From contig JAXMOL010000026.1 in the NCBI GenBank assembly GCA_034669905.1, positions 34,612 to 98,611 of the forward strand: a stretch of 64,000 nucleotides of DNA, in the 5' to 3' direction. Shown here piece by piece: positions 8,312 to 18,329 of this stretch. The stretch is from Candidatus Hydrogenedentota bacterium (GTDB lineage Bacteria > Hydrogenedentota > Hydrogenedentia > Hydrogenedentales > JAEUWI01). The notes beneath the pieces were generated by a model. It did no database searches and was not told where the DNA came from. It saw only the letters and a list, made by a program, of their open reading frames with translations. Each line of letters opens with the position of its first letter. Positions within the stretch are counted from its first letter, which is position 1. Both the position numbers and the translations under genes were made by a program.

Positions 8312-9760
8312 CTAGGCGTTTTCAATGGTGGACGCGGCTTCTTTTTCCACGACCTCATTTTCATCCGCTGGCTTGTAGAACTCTTCAACCGTTTCACGTT
8401 TGATACGGGTCAGCTCGGACTTGGGCAGGTGACCCATGACCTTCCAACCGGTGGCGAAGGTGTCTTCGATAGGCTTACGGGTCATGCCCTGGCCAATCAT
8501 TTCCGCTTCAAAGGCATTGGAGAAGCGGAGGTATTTCTTGTCGAGCTCGGTGAGGGCGTCTTCACCCACGATGGCCATCAGCTTCTTGATGCGCTGACCT
8601 TCGGCGTACGCGGCGTAGAGCTGGTTCGCCCACTCACGGTGCCAGGCTTCCGTCTTGTTCTTGCCGATACCGTTGTTCATCAGACGGGAAAGGCAGGGAA
8701 GCAGGTCCACCGGCGGGAAGATACCCTGGCGGTGAAGCGAACGACTCAGCACGATCTGGCCCTCGGTGATGTAACCGGTAAGGTCAGGAATCGGGTGCGT
8801 GATGTCATCGTCCGGCATGGTCAGCATGGGAATCTGCGTAACCGAGCCACTGTTACCACGAATACGACCTGCGCGTTCGTAGATGGTCGACAAGTCGGTG
8901 TACATGTAACCGGGATAGCCACGACGGCCGGGGATTTCTTCACGGGCGGAGGAAATCTGGCGCAGGGCATCACAGTAGTTGGTCAGGTCGGTCAACACCA
9001 CCAGTACCTGGTAGCCTTTTTCGAAGGCCAGGTATTCCGCGACCGTGAGGGCACAACGGGGGGTGAAGAGACGTTCAATCGCGGGGTCATCGGCCTGGTT
9101 GATGAAGGCCACTACCTGGGAACCCTTACCGCCTTCTTCGAAGGCCTTCAGGAAGTATTCCGTTTCACGGGCCGTAATACCCATGGCGGCAAACACCGTC
9201 ACGAACGGGGCGTCATCGCCCTTCGTGTCGGCGTTCTGCACGATCATGTTGGCAATTTCGTTACCGGGAAGACCGGAACCCAGGAAGATGGGCAGCTTCT
9301 GACCACGCACGAGGGTGTTGAAACCGTCGATGGTGGAAAGACCCGTCTCGATGAAGTCATTGGGCGCATCACGCGATACGGGGTTAATCGCCGAACCGCC
9401 GATTTCCACTTCCTTCTCCGGCACAACCGGGGGCAGGCCGTCGATGGGGACACCCGTACCGTTGAAGCGGCGACCGATCACGTCGGGCGTACAGGCGACC
9501 GTAGCCGCGTCCGCTTTCAGCGAGACCGAAGTGCCCTTGATATCGACACCGCGCGTGCCCTGCAGAATCTGCAGCACCGCGTGGGTCTTCGTGGCTTCCA
9601 GGATCTGGCCCTCGCGCTGTTCACCATTTTCCATGTGAACATTCAGGATAGCGCCCGTGGGGAAACGGTCGCCATTCTCCAGGAACACCAGGGGACCTGA
9701 AACATAGGTCATGTCCCAGTATTCTTTTTGGAGCTTTTCGTCAGTTGCATTCTCAGACAT
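8312..9760 (-). CDS. atpB: V/A-type ATP synthase subunit B
   Basis: NTLVRGQKLPIF, SSAREEIPGRRGYPGYMYTDL, DDITHPIPDLTGYITEGQI. Confidence 0.97.
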   Translation of the reverse strand: MSENATDEKLQKEYWDMTYVSGPLVFLENGDRFPTGAILNVHMENGEQREGQILEATKTHAVLQILQGTRGVDIKGTSVSLKADAATVACTPDVIGRRFNGTGVPIDGLPPVVPEKEVEIGGSAINPVSRDAPNDFIETGLSTIDGFNTLVRGQKLPIFLGSGLPGNEIANMIVQNADTKGDDAPFVTVFAAMGITARETEYFLKAFEEGGKGSQVVAFINQADDPAIERLFTPRCALTVAEYLAFEKGYQVLVVLTDLTNYCDALRQISSAREEIPGRRGYPGYMYTDLSTIYERAGRIRGNSGSVTQIPMLTMPDDDITHPIPDLTGYITEGQIVLSRSLHRQGIFPPVDLLPCLSRLMNNGIGKNKTEAWHREWANQLYAAYAEGQRIKKLMAIVGEDALTELDKKYLRFSNAFEAEMIGQGMTRKPIEDTFATGWKVMGHLPKSELTRIKRETVEEFYKPADENEVVEKEAASTIENA

Positions 9761-9777
9761 GGCAGTAATTCCCTGGG

Positions 9778-11562
9778 TTATTTGGCTTCGAGTGCGCCAA
9801 GGACCTGTTTGTAGTTTTCGATGCAGGCATCTTTCTTGGCCGTGAAGCCGTCATTCGGCTCTTCCTTGAGACGCGAAATCTCTTCACGAAGGGGCAGTTC
9901 CGTGATGCGCGTCAAGGGAACCTCACGAGCGAGTACCTTCAGACATTCTTCATGATAGACGAGGATGGTCTCGAGGAGGCCGAAGCACTTCTCAAGTTCG
10001 CAGGCCGCGTCGTTTTCGGAGAAGGCACTCTGCTGGAGGAATACTTCACGAACCATACGGGAAACCTCAAGGATGAGGCGTTCCTGGTCCTGAAGGGCGT
10101 CGGGGCCAACCAGCTGCACGATGTCGTTCAGTTCGTTTTCGCGCTGAAGCAACGTGGCAGCCTGCTGACGACGGGCGATCCAGCCGTTGGGCGCATTCTC
10201 TTCAAACCAATCTTTCAGCCCTTCAAAATAGAGGGTGAAGCTGGTGTTCCAGTTCACACTGGGATAGTGACGGCGATAGGCCAGCCCGGAGTCAAGGGCC
10301 CAAAGCGCACCCGACACCCGCATGGAGGTCTGGGTAACGGGCTCGGAGAAGTCACCACCGGGAGGCGATACGGCGCCTACAGCGGTCAACGAACCCTTAC
10401 GGGGGTTGTCGCTGGTGGCATCGCTGCCGCAGCAGATAACGTTACCGCAGCGTTCGTAGAAGGCGGCGATACGTTCAGAGAGATAGGTGGGGTAGCCTTC
10501 TTCACCGGGCATTTCTTCCAGACGGGAAGAAATTTCACGGAGGGCCTCTGCCCACCGGGAGGTGGAGTCGGCCATGAGGGCCACGTCATAGCCCATGTCG
10601 CGGTAGTATTCCGCCAGGGTCATTCCCGTGTATACGGAAGCGTCACGTGCCGCCACCGGCATGTTGGAGGTATTCACGACCAGAATGGTCCGGTTCATGA
10701 GCGAGTCACCCGTGTTGGGGTCGACCAGTTCCGGGAATTCGGTCAGCACTTCCGCCATTTCGTTGCCGCGTTCACCGCAACCCACGTACACAATGACCTG
10801 GGCGTTGGAGTACTTGGACATGCTCTGTTCCACAACCGTCTTACCGGCGCCGAAGCCACCAGGGACGATGGCCGAGCCACCTTTGGCAATGGGGAAGAGC
10901 ATATCAAGAACGCGCTGACGGGTGAGGAACGGCTCAACCGGGGGCAATACCTTGTGCATGGGCCGGTTCTGTTTCACCGGGGATTTGTGCATCATGCGCA
11001 GCTCGGTGCCGTCTTCCAGGGTCGCAACGACCTCTTCCACGGTGTACTCACCGGCTTCCTTGACGCTCGCGATTTTCCCGGAAACGTGGGGGGGAACCAT
11101 GACCTTGTGCTCGATGGCCTTGGTTTCCGGTACCGTACCCAGGATGTCACCACCGACGACTTCCTGGCCGACGGTTGCAACGGGGGTATAGGCCCACTTC
11201 TTCTTCCGGTCGAGGGCGACTGCCGTAATACCGCGGCCGATGAAATCGCCCGAGGACTCCTGCAGGGTGATCAGGGGACGCTGAATCCCGTCGAAGGTGG
11301 CGCCGAGCAGTCCCGGTCCCAATTCAACGGCCAGCGGTACGCCCGTAGCGACCACATCTTCGCCAAGATACATGCCTTCGGTGCTTTCAAACACCTGGGC
11401 GTAAATCTTGTCGCCTTCAATACGAATCACTTCGCCCATCAGTCCCAATTTGCCGACGGTCAGGATCTCACCCATGGAGACCCCGAGCATGCCATCGGCC
11501 TCAATCATGGGCCCGGCGATTCGGACGAGCTTTCCGACGATCTGTTGTTCCGTCACCGCCAT
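9778..11562 (-). CDS. atpA: V/A-type ATP synthase subunit A (catalytic)
   Basis: P-loop GGFGAGKT, GCGERGNE, NTSNMPVAAR, ADSTSRWAEALRE, PGEEGYP. Confidence 0.97.
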   Translation of the reverse strand: MAVTEQQIVGKLVRIAGPMIEADGMLGVSMGEILTVGKLGLMGEVIRIEGDKIYAQVFESTEGMYLGEDVVATGVPLAVELGPGLLGATFDGIQRPLITLQESSGDFIGRGITAVALDRKKKWAYTPVATVGQEVVGGDILGTVPETKAIEHKVMVPPHVSGKIASVKEAGEYTVEEVVATLEDGTELRMMHKSPVKQNRPMHKVLPPVEPFLTRQRVLDMLFPIAKGGSAIVPGGFGAGKTVVEQSMSKYSNAQVIVYVGCGERGNEMAEVLTEFPELVDPNTGDSLMNRTILVVNTSNMPVAARDASVYTGMTLAEYYRDMGYDVALMADSTSRWAEALREISSRLEEMPGEEGYPTYLSERIAAFYERCGNVICCGSDATSDNPRKGSLTAVGAVSPPGGDFSEPVTQTSMRVSGALWALDSGLAYRRHYPSVNWNTSFTLYFEGLKDWFEENAPNGWIARRQQAATLLQRENELNDIVQLVGPDALQDQERLILEVSRMVREVFLQQSAFSENDAACELEKCFGLLETILVYHEECLKVLAREVPLTRITELPLREEISRLKEEPNDGFTAKKDACIENYKQVLGALEAK

Positions 11563-11739
11563 TTGTTTCTCCTACTATCGGTTGCCTGATGTTTGCACCA
11601 TCCCGGTCGATTCACCCGAAGGGGTGCCATGCCAGCGATCATGCGTTTCACCATGTAATTTTGAGAGAACTATCTGGAATGCCCGGAAACGGACAGTCCA
11701 TGCTACATTTCATGTAATTCAGCAATAAACCAAAAATCG

Positions 11740-12069
11740 TTAGTCAAGTCGAATTTCGAATCCAACCGCCGGCTTAACGATAGCGTTAATATAGGCCAGC
11801 GTGCCTGCGTCCTCTTCTTCAAAGGAGGGGCAGAAAATGATCAGCGGAAGCCGGTTGTGACGCGCGAGGCGCCCTTGAAACCATTCCGAAAACTGGCTCC
11901 GAAACTCTTCGTTTACGATGACCACTTCGGCGTCCGAGTCCATCAAGTCCGAAAGACGGGTTTCTACCGCCTCCACGTCATATACCTCTTCGACCGGTAC
12001 ACCGGTGAGGCCGATCTGCAGGGCCGCCTGGCCATTGGCTAAAGCTATAACTTTGGAAGCCATGGTCAT
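11740..12069 (-). CDS. atpF: V/A-type ATP synthase subunit F
   Basis: 109 aa between C and A; N-terminal IGLTGV and C-terminal IVKPAVGFEI are typical of subunit F. Confidence 0.8.
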   Translation of the reverse strand: MTMASKVIALANGQAALQIGLTGVPVEEVYDVEAVETRLSDLMDSDAEVVIVNEEFRSQFSEWFQGRLARHNRLPLIIFCPSFEEEDAGTLAYINAIVKPAVGFEIRLD

Positions 12070-12143
12070 CCAATTCCTTGTTTATGTTTGGCCGCGTTGT
12101 GCCCCAAGGGGCAGCAACGCGACCGAGAAGTCATAGGGGCAGG

Positions 12144-13208
12144 TCAGACAGAGTACAACTCATCACGGACACGGCCCGCCGGAAGATTTCCAGCCAGGCC
12201 ACGGGCGATAAGGCGAAGATTGACCACCTCGTTGTACTTCATCCAGACATAATCCATCATCACACCCACACCGAAAACATCGTTGCGTGCGCTCTGACGG
12301 ACGTTCCGCATCAGAATGCGTTCAAAAAAACGTTCCATGGGAGAGAAGCGCTTCGATTCCAGCAACTGATAGAGTTCTTCTACCAATCGGGAATAGCGCG
12401 TCCGGTCGAGTTGCTCCATGGCCGCAGCGGGGTCAGAGGCATTCGCCATCTGGCGCAGCAGGGCCTTGGGCAACGTGCCCTGGCTCAAAAACTGGTCTTC
12501 CAGGGGGCGATCCAGATCGCCACCCGTTTGAATGTGTTGAAATACCGTCCGAAGATTGATTCGGTCGATTTCTGCCTGCAACTGGGAGTAGACCATCAGG
12601 CTGTCAGAATCGCCGGCCTCTTTCAGCCGTGCTGCATTCTCCACATAGTAGGCCTTGTCCAGCGCTTCTTCGAGCACCGAAAGGTCCTGCGTTTCCTGAT
12701 AGGCCGGCAAGGCACCTCGCAACGCGCGGCATAATCCCCGATTCCAGCCAATAAGCCCCTGTACCAGTGATTCCATGGAATCGGACGTGCTCAATTCCTT
12801 AAGAATCGGCGGCGTCAGGTTGGGGCCAGGCATCAGGGCTGTGCCCACGGATGCGCCATCGAGGTTGTGGTGCTTTAACCGCAACAACGATTTGACGGCC
12901 ATGAGATCCCACCGCCCCAGGAAAAGCTCCACCAACTCGCGGAACTCGCCATGACAACGGCTCAGCAGGGTCTGAAAGGTGGCCACGAGATTACGCGACA
13001 CGGCCTCTTCGACCGCATCGGCGCCTTCGTAGCGCGTCAGTGCTTCCGCCATCTCCGTCCGATAGGACGAATCAAGCAGCGAATCGACCAACCGCGAAAG
13101 ATCACCTTGATCCAGCAATTGGTCAACGGACTGCCGCTTGAGGAGATCGGCTTTCATGCCGTGGACGCGTGCGTTGAAGTGAACTACAAATGGATCCATA
13201 TCGGCCAT
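12144..13208 (-). CDS. atpC: V/A-type ATP synthase subunit C (AC39/d-like)
   Basis: NARVHGMK, WDLMAVKSLLR, EIDRINLR, KYNEVVNLRLIARG. Confidence 0.9.
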   Translation of the reverse strand: MADMDPFVVHFNARVHGMKADLLKRQSVDQLLDQGDLSRLVDSLLDSSYRTEMAEALTRYEGADAVEEAVSRNLVATFQTLLSRCHGEFRELVELFLGRWDLMAVKSLLRLKHHNLDGASVGTALMPGPNLTPPILKELSTSDSMESLVQGLIGWNRGLCRALRGALPAYQETQDLSVLEEALDKAYYVENAARLKEAGDSDSLMVYSQLQAEIDRINLRTVFQHIQTGGDLDRPLEDQFLSQGTLPKALLRQMANASDPAAAMEQLDRTRYSRLVEELYQLLESKRFSPMERFFERILMRNVRQSARNDVFGVGVMMDYVWMKYNEVVNLRLIARGLAGNLPAGRVRDELYSV

Positions 13209-13211
13209 ATC

Positions 13212-13817
13212 TTATCCTTCCCCGCCCGCAGCAGAATCGGGAAAGAGCCGATTCAGGGCATGCTTCCGCAACGCACCTTCCTGCAACCGGAAACGGGCAG
13301 CAAGGGTGTTGGTGTACCGGAACTTCCTGGCGCGATCCTGGACAGCTACCCCATCGGTCAGGCCCGCGAGGGCTTCAACCGGCAGGTCGCCATGGCCATT
13401 GGATTCAAGCCACTGCTTGCAGTGCTCTACGTGTGCCTCGGGTGCCATTACCACGATGTCCGTCGGGCTGTCGGCCATCAACTCGGCCAACAGCGCATTC
13501 AGGGTTTCGGGAAACGCGTCGGAGGTCGTGTGGGCCACCAGCGCTTCTTCTACCGTCGCCAACACTTCGTTGGTGATGGTGTCCTTCGTGGTCAGCGTTA
13601 CCATGTGGGCTTCCGCTTCCACGCGTTCGCGGGAGCGCGCCGCCATGGCGCTGAGCTCTCCCTCGACCGCAGCAAGCGTGTCGGCCCGACGTTGCTCGGC
13701 CCGTTGCTGGGCATCTTGTTGGATCTGCGCCGCTTCATCCCGCGCCGCCTGCAAGACATCGGCTTGCTGCGTCGCGATCTGCTGAGACATCAGATCCAGA
13801 AGAGGGTTGTTTTCCAT
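13212..13817 (-). CDS. atpE: V/A-type ATP synthase subunit E
   Basis: N-terminal Ala/Glu/Gln coiled coil, C-terminal DGVAV...YTNTLAARF; position between K and C. Confidence 0.8.
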   Translation of the reverse strand: MENNPLLDLMSQQIATQQADVLQAARDEAAQIQQDAQQRAEQRRADTLAAVEGELSAMAARSRERVEAEAHMVTLTTKDTITNEVLATVEEALVAHTTSDAFPETLNALLAELMADSPTDIVVMAPEAHVEHCKQWLESNGHGDLPVEALAGLTDGVAVQDRARKFRYTNTLAARFRLQEGALRKHALNRLFPDSAAGGEG

Positions 13818-13857
13818 AGGTGATACTGCCGAAAAAACGGCATCCTCCTGGGGGCCA

Positions 13858-13895
13858 AGTAAAAAAATAGAAGGCGCCGCGAGGGCGCCGCGAAA
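13858..13895 (-). terminator. Internal hairpin plus T tract after the proteolipid gene
   Basis: Minus strand ggcgcc-ctcgc-ggcgcc-ttctattttttt directly after the K stop. Confidence 0.5.
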
Positions 13896-13901
13896 CACAA
13901 C

Positions 13902-14261
13902 TTAGATATTGCCCAGAATCAGGAAGCCAATAACGAAACCAAGTACAACGATGGTTTCGGGAAGGGCAACCAGAATGAGGACGTTGGTGAAAAGCTCGGG
14001 CTTTTCTGCCAGGGCACCGGTACCACCAGCACCGATCGAGGCCTGAGCCCGACCCGTACCCAGCGCAGCACCCAGCAGTGCAAGGCCAGCGCCCAGGGCG
14101 ATACCTGCAACACGGATACCTTCACCGATCGACGTAGCGGCTGCATCTCCAGCTCCTGCTACCTCTTCCGCAGCCATAGCCAGGGGGGCGCAGACGCTCA
14201 TCAGGACGAGGCCAGCAGCGGAAAGCATGAATGCTTTGCGGAGTGTAGACTTCTTTACCAT
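13902..14261 (-). CDS. atpK: V/A-type ATP synthase subunit K/c (proteolipid)
   Basis: Gly-rich hairpin, AQASIGAGG, essential Glu in ALPETIV; signal-like N-terminal extension. Confidence 0.92.
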   Translation of the reverse strand: MVKKSTLRKAFMLSAAGLVLMSVCAPLAMAAEEVAGAGDAAATSIGEGIRVAGIALGAGLALLGAALGTGRAQASIGAGGTGALAEKPELFTNVLILVALPETIVVLGFVIGFLILGNI

Positions 14262-16189
14262 ACCATTTCCTTTCTGAAGGGTTTGTAACTTCTGCCTTGG
14301 GGTTCGTAGAACTTGGGCAAGAATTCAACAAAGTTAAGTCGCAACGAGTGGATCGTTGGACTGAAAACGCCAATTCCGATATTCAGAATGTGTACGCAGG
14401 CGGCCGCAGGAATGCCGATGACGAGGCCAATGGTGCCGCCACCCAGCATTTCGGGCATGTCGTTGGCAATCTCAGCGAAGGCAATCGACACCAGACCCAG
14501 CGCCATGAGGCGGCTGTAGGAGAAGATGTTTGCCGTCAGGCCGATGATTTCCATGATGCCCATGGGAGCCATAACGCCCATGCCGCGCCAGAGGTAGTAG
14601 AGGCCGGCGCCAAAGATGATGGCGGCCAGTCCCAGGCCAGCGGCGGCGCCGAGGGGGAAGAAGCCCGCAGCCGCGGCGAGGGCAATCGGCAGGGCCGCAA
14701 GACCGAGCAGCATGCCGAGTTTTTCTTCCGCGTGCTTGGCATGCCCGTGGGCATAGCCTTCCCGCACACCCAGAATAAGGGAGAGGGGAATGTGCACCAC
14801 ACCAAAGAGTATGGACAGGTAAAGCAATTGGTCGGTGTAGTGGACGCGGTGGAAAATAGAGTAGTCACCCACCAGCTGTTCGACCACGTTGCCGAAGATT
14901 TCCCAGTAAATGATACCGAAAACGATAGACGAGACGCCCATCCACTGGAAGATGGTCATGCCATCTTTGAGAATCTGATTGTGGCCCCACTTCATCTTCA
15001 CCAAGGCGCCGATGGCCACAATAATAAGGCCATAGCCGGCGTCACCCAAAACAAAGCCATAGAAGACAATGAAGGAAAGGGCGATGAGCCAGGTCGGGTC
15101 GAAGCTGCCATAGGTCGCCGGTTTCATGAGTTTCATGACCAGCTCGAAGGGCTTGACGATGGGGTTGTTCTGCAGCAGGGTGGGGATGCGCTCGTGGTCC
15201 ACATCTTTGTGGGACATCTTCGCCGCAACGGCCTTATCACCAAACTGTTTCTTGCACTCGGCCTCCAGGGCGTCGTAGGAGTCCGAAGGGACCCAGCCCT
15301 GCACGACGCCGACCATTTCGCTCTGGGCGAAGGAGTCTACGACCTGCAATTGGGCCATCCGGTTGCCCACGAGTTGGCTCAGGGCCTCCATCGTGGCACC
15401 TTCCCGCTCGGAAAGGTTGTCCAGCTGGGACTGTACTTCATCGAGATCGGCCTGCAGGGCTGCGACCCGGGAACCGATCTTCCGCATGACCTCGTCAACC
15501 GACGTGCCGCGGGCGTCCCGATCGGGACTGGTCAGCACCGTGATGCCCCGGTTTTCCAGGAAGTCCGTCAGGGCCTCGGCCTTGTCTGCCGGATGGGTAA
15601 CCACCATTACTTTGCGGTTACGGTCCATTTTCTGGCTGAGGAAGGCGCAGCTCGGGCTGACTTCTGCCACGATGGCCCGCTGGAGCTGCTCGAGCGCGGC
15701 CGCGTCGTAGCCATCGAGGATAATGGCACGGGCTGTTTCGCCCAATACCGCACCCTGTCCAATAAGGAGCGGGGTAATGGATTCCACAATACGGCCATAA
15801 TTCTTCACGACCGCCATATTGTCCTGAATGTTCAGTTTGCGGCGGTGGAGCGTGCGAAGTTCACGGTGCCAGGCCCGGCACTGCTTGAGGCGGGCGCTGA
15901 ATGCGGAGTCTTCCAGTTTCTTGCCCGCCGCAATCACATCACTGCGGTTCGGCGACTGGCTCAAGAGGGGAAGGGACTGGGCAAGCAACTGGTTGAGTTG
16001 TTCCAGCTGCGCCAGTTCCGCTTTTTCGGATTCCGGAAGGTGTACACGGTGCAGGAAACCGGGATGGTTTTCAAGCGCCAGTGACACTTCTTCTACGTGC
16101 ATGGCGCCAAACTGCTGGAGCAAGGGCACCATAGCGTGCAACTCGGAGCGTAGACATACGATTTCTACTCGGTCCATTGGGGCGATCAT
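14255..16189 (-). CDS. atpI: V/A-type ATP synthase subunit I (a)
   Basis: QGWVP, FDPT, GDAGYG, FSYSRLMAL, IHSLRLNFVEF, FYEPQGRSYKPF. Confidence 0.95.
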   Translation of the reverse strand: MIAPMDRVEIVCLRSELHAMVPLLQQFGAMHVEEVSLALENHPGFLHRVHLPESEKAELAQLEQLNQLLAQSLPLLSQSPNRSDVIAAGKKLEDSAFSARLKQCRAWHRELRTLHRRKLNIQDNMAVVKNYGRIVESITPLLIGQGAVLGETARAIILDGYDAAALEQLQRAIVAEVSPSCAFLSQKMDRNRKVMVVTHPADKAEALTDFLENRGITVLTSPDRDARGTSVDEVMRKIGSRVAALQADLDEVQSQLDNLSEREGATMEALSQLVGNRMAQLQVVDSFAQSEMVGVVQGWVPSDSYDALEAECKKQFGDKAVAAKMSHKDVDHERIPTLLQNNPIVKPFELVMKLMKPATYGSFDPTWLIALSFIVFYGFVLGDAGYGLIIVAIGALVKMKWGHNQILKDGMTIFQWMGVSSIVFGIIYWEIFGNVVEQLVGDYSIFHRVHYTDQLLYLSILFGVVHIPLSLILGVREGYAHGHAKHAEEKLGMLLGLAALPIALAAAAGFFPLGAAAGLGLAAIIFGAGLYYLWRGMGVMAPMGIMEIIGLTANIFSYSRLMALGLVSIAFAEIANDMPEMLGGGTIGLVIGIPAAACVHILNIGIGVFSPTIHSLRLNFVEFLPKFYEPQGRSYKPFRKEMVW

Positions 16190-16204
16190 AGAAAGGCCTT
16201 TTCT

Positions 16205-16528
16205 TTAGTCGGTGCCAGGTAAAATGCGGGCAATAATTTCGTCACGTACGGCGGAAGTCATGCTGGCAGAAGTCGTTCGAATCTGCTCAACCTTGGCGGC
16301 CGTTTCCTTCTGGATGGCATCGCGCTCGGCGTCCCGACGCTGTGCGGCTTCCCGCCGCAAGGTCGCAACTTCGGCGTCCAGTTTGGAGTTGGTGTCCTGG
16401 AGAAGGGCAGCACCCTCAGCATGGGCGGCTTCGACAATCTGCCGTGCCTCTTCACGCGTGGTGTTCAGCTCGTCCATCAGCGCACGCTCATGCGTCGCGA
16501 CAGTTTCGAGTAGTGATTCTGAAGCCAT
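16205..16528 (-). CDS. V/A-type ATP synthase peripheral stalk subunit G/H
   Basis: 107-aa charged helical protein, first gene of the operon as in the Thermus G-I-L-E-C-F-A-B-D order. Confidence 0.75.
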   Translation of the reverse strand: MASESLLETVATHERALMDELNTTREEARQIVEAAHAEGAALLQDTNSKLDAEVATLRREAAQRRDAERDAIQKETAAKVEQIRTTSASMTSAVRDEIIARILPGTD

Positions 16529-16661
16529 AATCGGTCAGTAGCTCCGTAAGGGGGTAGAACGCGTCAGATTAATGTGGGATAGTGGGTCCATATTGATCTG
16601 GAGTGATACCACACCAAGCGTACCCATGCATCACAGATACGCTCCCACACAAACAGCCCTG

Positions 16662-16691
16662 ATCATGCCAAAAGTGAGCGTGACCAGTCAA
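16662..16691 (-). promoter_or_regulatory. Candidate sigma70 promoter for the ATPase operon
   Basis: Minus strand TTGACT-18 nt-CATGAT with a TGn extension. Confidence 0.4.
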
Positions 16692-17224
16692 GCAAGGGGC
16701 GGTCTTTTTTCCTGCTTTCGGAAGCTTTCTTTGGGCCGGAAGGGTGGGCGTGTGGGTTTGTGTTGGTATTGGGTTGTCGCCCCGACCGTGCCTGCCTGCA
16801 CGCGGCGTGGTGGCCCTTCCGACATACCCGCGAAATCGTTTTATGGTGTCAAGAATCCGCGCAGGACATGCCCCTCAATACCGATTGGGTCGTCCAGGGG
16901 CGCTGTATCCTTGTCCGCTGCGGGCGAGATGTTTGGGGAGCCCCTGGCAAGGTTGTTTGCAGCACGTTCTCCAGCGTGTCCAGCTAAATGCAGGAGTGGC
17001 CGGGATGTCCCCGTCATTCGCGGGATGTTCATGCGCTTATCTCTCCCCCCTCGCGTGGGGCTGCAGAAAGTGCGGGATTGAAATGGGTGCTTTCCACGAA
17101 TGGGTCATCCCGCGACGGTGGAAGTGCACGCGGGGTTGTTACCTTTATATTATGCAACCCCATGTTGTTTAGCGCGCTTAACTATTTTCTGGTCTTGTAA
17201 ACCCCAAAAACTTCAATGATCGGC

Positions 17225-17254
17225 TTGATTCGCAACGCAGCAAAGGTGTATAAA
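17225..17254 (+). promoter_or_regulatory. Candidate sigma70 promoter for the ACIII-oxidase operon
   Basis: TTGATT-18 nt-TATAAA preceded by an AT-rich tract. Confidence 0.4.
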
Positions 17255-17649
17255 TACGCCAATTCCGCGCAGGTGGTGGCAAGTTGGTGGCGATTCTTCG
17301 CAGGCGCGGTTTGGTGGGAACAGCATTGCGTGTAGGGCCAAGTGCGAATTGGCCTGGCGAGGTAATATTCGGCCCTCAGGTCGAATCGTAGCGAAACGTC
17401 GTTCCCCGGCGTATAAAGCGATTGGCTAGCCGGGGTAAGCCGAATGTGACGTAGCAGATTGCTTCATTGCAGCAACTCCAGCACTTGCTTGGGGTATACC
17501 GAGACGGGTTACTCACCCACATACCAACAAGCGATAATTGGACTAGAACCAACCACAAACCCCCTGACATCGTCGGAGTTGCCTTGGTAACTGTTGCCCC
17601 GGGCAGGCAGTGTCTCACTGAAGGTTGGTGGTAGAAAAGGAATTGATTC

Positions 17650-18315
17650 GTGGCTCAAGTGTTTCATCGCAGTGCCAACGTACTCGCCCGAGCCAGTATT
17701 ATTGGCGGGGGCCTGGCGGCAGTAGCGATTGTGTCCATCGCGGCGGTTGTGTATCGGTCGCCCGTGGTGACCCAGGTGGATATTGCCAAAGCGCAGCCCA
17801 TCCCCTTCAGTCATCAGCGTCACGTGGGTGCCAATGGCATTGACTGTCGTTATTGTCACACCTCGGTGGAAAAGAGCGGCGTGGCCAACGTGCCCCCTAC
17901 CGAGACGTGCATGACCTGTCACTCCCAGGTGCTCACCGATGCCCCCATGCTTCAGCCGGTGCACGAGAGCTGGAAGACGGGCAAGCCCATCGAGTGGACC
18001 CGGGTCTATGACCTGCCTGACTTTGTGTATTTCGACCACAGCATCCACGTTGCCAAGGGTATTGGCTGCACCACCTGCCACGGTGAGATTCAGAAAATGC
18101 CCCTTACGTGGAAGGCCAACACGCTGCACATGGCTTGGTGTCTTGAATGTCACCGCGCGCCCGAGAAGTTCATTCGTCCAAAGAGTGAAGTTTTCAATGT
18201 GGACTGGAAGCCTGCGGGTGATGATAGCGAACGCCTCGAAGAAGGCCGGAAGCTGGTTAAAGAATACAACGTGAATGTTGAGCAGCTTACCAACTGCTCC
18301 ATTTGTCACCGTTAG
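17650..18315 (+). CDS. actA: Alternative complex III pentaheme cytochrome c subunit
   Basis: N-terminal TM helix, QPIPFSH, five CxxCH motifs (CRYCH, CMTCH, CTTCH, CLECH, CSICH). Confidence 0.93.
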   Translation: MAQVFHRSANVLARASIIGGGLAAVAIVSIAAVVYRSPVVTQVDIAKAQPIPFSHQRHVGANGIDCRYCHTSVEKSGVANVPPTETCMTCHSQVLTDAPMLQPVHESWKTGKPIEWTRVYDLPDFVYFDHSIHVAKGIGCTTCHGEIQKMPLTWKANTLHMAWCLECHRAPEKFIRPKSEVFNVDWKPAGDDSERLEEGRKLVKEYNVNVEQLTNCSICHR

Positions 18316-18329
18316 TAATGGGAAACATT

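Noticed and set aside
8429..16084. Long plus-strand ORFs (8429-9700, 9952-11589, 14297-16084)
   Set aside because: Antisense to ATPase subunits; open only because of GC-rich codon bias
16572..17200. Several 60-170 aa ORFs in the divergent intergenic region
   Set aside because: Mutually overlapping, Arg/Cys/Gly-rich, with no RBS or host codon pattern
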